64,000 nucleotides of DNA from Thermodesulfobacteriota bacterium (lineage in GTDB: Bacteria > Desulfobacterota > Binatia > Bin18): assembly GCA_964291405.2 (NCBI GenBank), contig OZ219926.1, positions 1,600,001 through 1,664,000 of the forward strand. The letters are read 5' to 3'. Below the pieces are notes generated by a model, which saw nothing but the letters and a program-made list of their open reading frames with translations, was not told where the DNA came from and searched no databases. The position numbers were made by a program, and so were the translations under genes. Of the stretch, positions 59,349 to 64,000 are shown one piece after another. The stretch's first letter is position 1; each line of letters opens with the position of its first letter.

Positions 59349-61558
59349 TGGTACGACACCCGCGTGACAAAACTGCGGCCTTCTTCCAGCAAACTGGCGA
59401 AGCGTTTGGTGTATGCCTTATCCGCGATATTCTCGATTCCGAAGTCCACAGTCACCGCTCCCGATCCTTGGCCGGTCGGCGTCCAGTGCTGATGCGGGGT
59501 CCAGCGGAAGTAGAGGTCGTGCACGCCATAGCCGTCGGTCGGCACGTCGTTGTCGCCCACACGGTCATTTCTCTCGGCAAACCGGCCACGCCAGCCGATC
59601 ACGCCGTTGAGCGCGTCTATCCGAAACTCGACCCCTGCAACAATCGTCAGCGGCACATTGTTGAGCAGATATTCACCGGTATCGTCGTTCTTCGCCTTGA
59701 CGTAGGACAGCCCCAGTCGGGCGGTGACCAGTTCCAGTTCGTAGCGGCCCTCCGCTTCCCAGCCCATCAGGTCGGCGTCCGGGATGTTCAGGATTTTTGT
59801 CGTTCCGGCCCGGACATCGACTTCTGGGGTAATGAAGTCGTCTCCCTCGCTGGTGAACCATGACCCTTTCACGGTCACGCGGTCGTTCGCCGCCAGGACA
59901 CTCTCGAAGTTCAGCCCCGCCCCCACCTCGATTGTAGTGACGGTTTCCGGCTTCAAATCCGGATTCGGCACGAAGCGGTTGTCCGGGGCAAAAGCGGTGG
60001 GGGCGAGCACTGGGCTGCCATCGGGTCTGAGCACCGGCACCTGCACCGGACGGCCATCAGGGCCGATTACCGGGCGACCGTCCGGGCCGATTTCCGGTCT
60101 GGTCAACGGCCCGAACTCAAACGGAAACCCGCCCGGAAAATGCAGGCCAGCCGGATACAGCTCTGTCAGATTGGGAGCTCGGAACGCTTGAGCCCAGCTC
60201 CCGAACAGCATGAGGTTCTCAATCGGCTTGTAGCTCAGCGACACTTTTGGCGACACTTCGTGTTCGTTCTGCGAGTTCCCGATTTCGTCGTCGCTCTCGT
60301 AATGGTCGAAGCGCAGGGCCGGAATGAACAGCACCTCACCGATAGGGGTGTGGAGGGCGACTTCATCCTGGAGATAAAAGCCCAGCGTCAGGGCCTCGGC
60401 ATCCGGTACGCCGCTCCGCTTTCCGTCCGGGGTGGCCGAACTCTTGCCGACTTGGTCGTTCGTGTAGATTTCAAGTCCGTACGAAAACGTGTGTCCGTGC
60501 ATACCGCTCACCGCCCAGCGGGTCTGATTATCGATGGTAAAGCCGAGCGTCTCCATCTCCCGCGTCTGCACCCGACCGACGCGCCGACCGGTCACGTCTT
60601 CTTCCTCCACTTCGGTGTCGTTGTAATACAGGTGAAGTTTCGGACTCAGCCAGCGATTGGCCGGATTATCGAAGGCGTAGCGCAGGCTGAACTGGTTGTC
60701 CTGCACTTCCTTATTCACAATGATGTTGGACAGCGCCGAGCTGGCACTGGCACCGTTATTGGGCTCCTGCCCGTCGTTATTGAACACCTGCGCCTGAAAC
60801 TTGAGCGTGTGGAAGTCCTTCAGGGTATAGCCGGCTTTGAACAGGCCGGACAGCAGGCGATCGTCCGTATCCAGCTCGTTGCCGTTGCCCTGTTCTATAT
60901 CACCCGAATCGCGTAAGGAGAAATTGGCCAGGAGATCCCAGCCACGGTAACGGCCAAACCCCGTCAGGGTCGGGGCATATTCAGCGCTCGCGTTGCGATA
61001 GCCGAAAGAGGCCAGGGCACCCACGCTCTGGCCTGGAGCCAGCAGGTCCGCAGCGTCCTTTGTTTCAAAGGCCACCACGCCACCAATGCCGCCTCCCCCA
61101 TATATGGCCGAGGACGCTCCTTTGACCACTTCGATCGACTTCAGCAGCGAGGGATCAACATAGAAACGGCCGTCATGCCCGGACTCGAAATTCTGGCGGC
61201 GACCATCCATGAGCGTGATGATCGCCTCATCGTCAAAACCGCGGATGGAGATCGTCTGTCCGTTCCGCCGCGGGCCGTTATCCACTTCTACACCTGGGGT
61301 GAATTCCAGCAGGTCCGCCACGTCACCGGCCAGGGCGTTGCCTGGAGCATCCGTCTCCACCTGAGAGATAAGTGCCGGGACATCAAACGTCGGTTGCGGG
61401 CTGCGGGTGGCGTAAGAGGATATCGTGATCTTATCCAGCAATGTGGGTGGTTCCTCGTCTTGCGCATGCACCACGAGGCCAGCGCTTGTCCACAGAAAAC
61501 AGACAGCAACGAGTGCTATCGCTCCCTTGGCGATCAGTCTTGGGCGTTGAACTGCCAC
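59342..61558 (-). CDS. TonB-dependent heme/hemoglobin receptor (HmuR/ChuA-like)
   Basis: RQNFESGHDGR (plug His), FRAP, NPDLKPE, terminal SYQW. Confidence 0.9.
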   Translation of the reverse strand: MAVQRPRLIAKGAIALVAVCFLWTSAGLVVHAQDEEPPTLLDKITISSYATRSPQPTFDVPALISQVETDAPGNALAGDVADLLEFTPGVEVDNGPRRNGQTISIRGFDDEAIITLMDGRRQNFESGHDGRFYVDPSLLKSIEVVKGASSAIYGGGGIGGVVAFETKDAADLLAPGQSVGALASFGYRNASAEYAPTLTGFGRYRGWDLLANFSLRDSGDIEQGNGNELDTDDRLLSGLFKAGYTLKDFHTLKFQAQVFNNDGQEPNNGASASSALSNIIVNKEVQDNQFSLRYAFDNPANRWLSPKLHLYYNDTEVEEEDVTGRRVGRVQTREMETLGFTIDNQTRWAVSGMHGHTFSYGLEIYTNDQVGKSSATPDGKRSGVPDAEALTLGFYLQDEVALHTPIGEVLFIPALRFDHYESDDEIGNSQNEHEVSPKVSLSYKPIENLMLFGSWAQAFRAPNLTELYPAGLHFPGGFPFEFGPLTRPEIGPDGRPVIGPDGRPVQVPVLRPDGSPVLAPTAFAPDNRFVPNPDLKPETVTTIEVGAGLNFESVLAANDRVTVKGSWFTSEGDDFITPEVDVRAGTTKILNIPDADLMGWEAEGRYELELVTARLGLSYVKAKNDDTGEYLLNNVPLTIVAGVEFRIDALNGVIGWRGRFAERNDRVGDNDVPTDGYGVHDLYFRWTPHQHWTPTGQGSGAVTVDFGIENIADKAYTKRFASLLEEGRSFVTRVSYQW

Positions 61559-61631
61559 GTCTTATCTCCTTACCCGGTTTCGCGCCTCAAATAGGCGATA
61601 CTCTTTAGTCCGTCACGAACCAGCCTGCCCC

Positions 61632-62171
61632 CTACACGACAAAGGCCAGAATCAGGCAAACGGCCAGACCGACGACACCGGTGGCGATGGTTCTGGCCCG
61701 CAGCCCCGCGCTGGACAGCCCCAGCCACAATCCGCTGAAGACAATAAACAATACGCCAACCGCCAGAACTTTCTGAAAATCCTTGAACCACAACGGACCG
61801 TGTCCCTTGTGGAGTTCGATCAGACGCTTTTGCAGGTCCGGGACGTTACGCTTCACGGTTACAGGGTCATCGGCGACCGAAATCTCATAGTGAGTCCGCG
61901 AGGTCGGACGGGTATACAGCGTATTCCCGCTCTTCTTCACGTATTCAAAGTCATGCGTGATACCGATATCGTGCAGCAGGGCCCGCACGTCGGCCTCAAG
62001 AGAAGCGGAAGCCGGATTAACGACAACACCGGAGGGCACGGTCACCGGGGTGCTGGTCACGGTACCCTTGATGCCAACGAGATAGAGTCCCCCGGAAATG
62101 GCGACGAACAACAGGGCCAGCACAAAAAACGCCGCCGCGTACAGATGCAGACTGATCCAAAAGTTACGCAT
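61632..62171 (-). CDS. PepSY-associated TM domain protein
   Basis: LHLYAAAFF...ISGG, LIELHKGHG, SGLW. Confidence 0.75.
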   Translation of the reverse strand: MRNFWISLHLYAAAFFVLALLFVAISGGLYLVGIKGTVTSTPVTVPSGVVVNPASASLEADVRALLHDIGITHDFEYVKKSGNTLYTRPTSRTHYEISVADDPVTVKRNVPDLQKRLIELHKGHGPLWFKDFQKVLAVGVLFIVFSGLWLGLSSAGLRARTIATGVVGLAVCLILAFVV

Positions 62172-62194
62172 GATGACAACGAGCCCCAGAGACG

Positions 62195-62290
62195 AAAAAA
62201 GCCCATAAGGAGGACACTCCTTATGGGCTCTGCGCTTAGTGGCGGCTGGCCTCTCAACTTATAAGTGATTTTGAAATTCAATTTCAATAG
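62195..62290 (-). ncRNA. Candidate iron-regulated leader RNA or sRNA, copy 2
   Basis: Promoter, Fur-like box, then terminator AGCCCATAAGGA/TCCTTATGGGCT with T tract; homologous to copy 1. Confidence 0.55.
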
Positions 62291-62320
62291 GATGATACAC
62301 AACCTTTATGGTTCAGTCAA
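62266..62320 (-). promoter_or_regulatory. Sigma70 promoter with adjacent Fur-like box
   Basis: TTGACT-17 nt-TATCAT, then the perfect inverted repeat TTGAAATT-G-AATTTCAA. Confidence 0.8.
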
Positions 62321-62406
62321 TCCGTACCGTAGAGCGAGGGGGAGAGGTCTAATGCTACGAATATCCGGTAGCGAAAATAAAGCGAAAGTGCTAGGCTTCC
62401 CGTCGG

Positions 62407-63672
62407 ATGGACGGCCCTATACAACACCCTATCACCCGGCTCAAGGGGCGTGGTACGCCCCGCAATCCGACTAATCGCTTTGAGACCATCGCCTATGAGC
62501 CTGATCCTGAAATGCTGGATTCGGACCCAGACCAGCCCGGCCCGAAAACCCGTCTTCTGCGCGACCCCTCACGGACCATCCTCAGCTATAACACCAGCCC
62601 GGATGTCGGCTTTCGGGTCAGCCTCAACCCCTACCGCGGGTGTGAGCACGGTTGCATCTATTGTTACGCCCGTCCGACCCATGAGTGGCTCGGATTCTCA
62701 GCCGGCCTGGACTTTGAAACAAATCTTCTGGTCAAACAGGACGCGCCCCAACTGCTGGACAAAGCGCTGGCCGCGCCGTCCTGGCAGCCCCAGCCGATCT
62801 TTTTCAGCGGTATCACCGACGCCTACCAGCCGGTTGAGCGCCAGCTTGAGTTGACCCGTGGCTGTCTCAAGGTGCTGGCTGCCTATCACAACCCGGTCTG
62901 TATTGTGACCAAGAGTACCCTGGTGACCCGCGACTGTGACCTGCTGGCTCAACTGGCCGAAGACCAAGCCGCCTGGGTGAGTGTATCGCTGACCACGCTC
63001 AACGCCGAACTGGCTCGTCGTCTCGAACCGCGGACCTCGACTCCGGTGCGGCGCCTGGCCGCTATTGCCGCTCTGGCCGAGGCGGGCATTCCGGTGGGTG
63101 TGATGATCGCTCCCATCATCCCCGGACTGACCGACCACGAAATCCCGGCTCTGCTCAAGACTGCCGCCCAAGCTGGCGCGCAGTTCGCCGGGCATACCAT
63201 TGTGCGGCTGCCGTATGGCGTGTCCGAACTCTTCAGCCAGTGGCTGGAAGACCACTATCCCGAACGAAAAAACAAGGTCTTGCACCGGATTCGCTCAATG
63301 CGGCAGGGAAAGCTGAACGACGCGCGATGGAAGACGCGAATGCGGGGGGAGGGGGTGTTTGCCGAGTCGATTCATGGTTTGTTTGCCACGATGAGCCGCA
63401 AAGCCGGGCTGGATGGGCCCTTCCCCCAACTGTCAACTGCGGCCTTCCGGCGGCCCAGCCAGACACGTCAGCTGGCCTGTTCAGCGCTCGCTAGACGTGG
63501 GGGTCGCTGGGCCAGACACGTCAGTTGGCTCTGTTTGCGGATCGGAAGTGTCCGCACGAGCTGGGCCGGCGACGCCGGTCACATCGCGTCCTTGCGAATC
63601 AACCCCTTCAGGTCGTCTTCCCAGGGCGGCAGTTCGCGGCTGGCCGGAACCTCGACGAGATGGAGCCGGTGA
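62407..63672 (+). CDS. PA0069/Rv2578c family radical SAM protein (SplB-like); 3' end probably frameshifted
   Basis: NPYRGCEHGCIYCYAR, TDAYQPVE, LEPR, APIIPGLTDHE. Confidence 0.9.
   Translation: MDGPIQHPITRLKGRGTPRNPTNRFETIAYEPDPEMLDSDPDQPGPKTRLLRDPSRTILSYNTSPDVGFRVSLNPYRGCEHGCIYCYARPTHEWLGFSAGLDFETNLLVKQDAPQLLDKALAAPSWQPQPIFFSGITDAYQPVERQLELTRGCLKVLAAYHNPVCIVTKSTLVTRDCDLLAQLAEDQAAWVSVSLTTLNAELARRLEPRTSTPVRRLAAIAALAEAGIPVGVMIAPIIPGLTDHEIPALLKTAAQAGAQFAGHTIVRLPYGVSELFSQWLEDHYPERKNKVLHRIRSMRQGKLNDARWKTRMRGEGVFAESIHGLFATMSRKAGLDGPFPQLSTAAFRRPSQTRQLACSALARRGGRWARHVSWLCLRIGSVRTSWAGDAGHIASLRINPFRSSSQGGSSRLAGTSTRWSR
63458..63535 (+). repeat. Imperfect 24/25-bp direct repeat
   Basis: GCCAGACACGTCAGCTGGC-CTGTT at 63458 and GCCAGACACGTCAGTTGGCTCTGTT at 63511. 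Confidence 0.8.
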
Positions 63673-64000
63673 TTGCCCTTGGGTCCAGTGCCTTCGCTGA
63701 TATCAATGATGCGGAGTTGATCCGCCAAACCATCAGCCTGAAGGCGCTCCCACTCTTCTTCCCAGAGCAGGATGAAATAGACGGTCTTTGGGGTTGTGGG
63801 CGGGGAATAGAAGGGGATGCGCCGGTCGGCATAATACAGGGCTCCGCTGTCAAAGCTCCGAAAAAAGAAGAGAGGCTGTTCCCCTACCCGCTCGACAACG
63901 CGACCCATAAAGGGCCGAAAGGTCCGTGCGGCGGCAAGAGTGGGCTGAATCACGTGGTTGATGAGCAGGAAGATGCTTGTCGTAAACACCACCAGTCCGC
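63579..64000 (-). CDS. C-terminus of a membrane protein, possibly an ArnT/GT39-like glycosyltransferase (5' part outside the window)
   Basis: End of a TM helix, then RTFRPF...FFFRSFDSGALYYADRRIP. Confidence 0.45.
   Translation of the reverse strand, partial: GLVVFTTSIFLLINHVIQPTLAAARTFRPFMGRVVERVGEQPLFFFRSFDSGALYYADRRIPFYSPPTTPKTVYFILLWEEEWERLQADGLADQLRIIDISEGTGPKGNHRLHLVEVPASRELPPWEDDLKGLIRKDAM

Noticed and set aside
62057-62302. Leader peptide crossing the second iron leader
   Set aside because: It starts upstream of the predicted -10 element and has no equivalent in copy 1, where the frame stops after eight codons.
63458-63535. CRISPR-like repeat-spacer-repeat
   Set aside because: Only two imperfect units, overlapping a coding end, with no cas genes.

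Overview
A GC-rich (~58-60% by eye) chromosomal segment of a Gram-negative heterotroph. Gene content and style suggest a deltaproteobacteria-like lineage such as Binatota; this is inference only. From left to right it holds: (i) catabolic and housekeeping genes; (ii) an amidohydrolase / crotonase / acyl-CoA ligase / crotonase cluster bracketed by two tiny desulforedoxin-like genes missing from the ORF track; (iii) bolA-grxD and a low-GC islet (hicBA, a HEPN-motif protein, a coiled-coil protein plus a zinc-ribbon microprotein); (iv) a PQQ alcohol dehydrogenase cluster with the lanthanide-type DYD motif, divergent from an alternative complex III operon; (v) an RRM gene that apparently starts at ATC; (vi) several TonB-dependent receptors, Nramp and BCCT transporters, a CoA-transferase-fold pair and a membrane pyrophosphatase; (vii) two convergent iron-uptake operons (exbB-exbD-exbD-tonB-receptor and heme uptake) that are fused by a deletion or misjoin; (viii) a PA0069-type radical SAM gene. 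The two strongest leads are a homologous promoter / Fur-like box / covarying terminator leader in front of both iron operons (candidate new attenuator or sRNA family), and the desulforedoxin-like microprotein pair around the acyl-CoA cluster. No rRNA, tRNA, CRISPR array or intact transposase was recognised. All calls come from motif recognition by eye, with no database searches.
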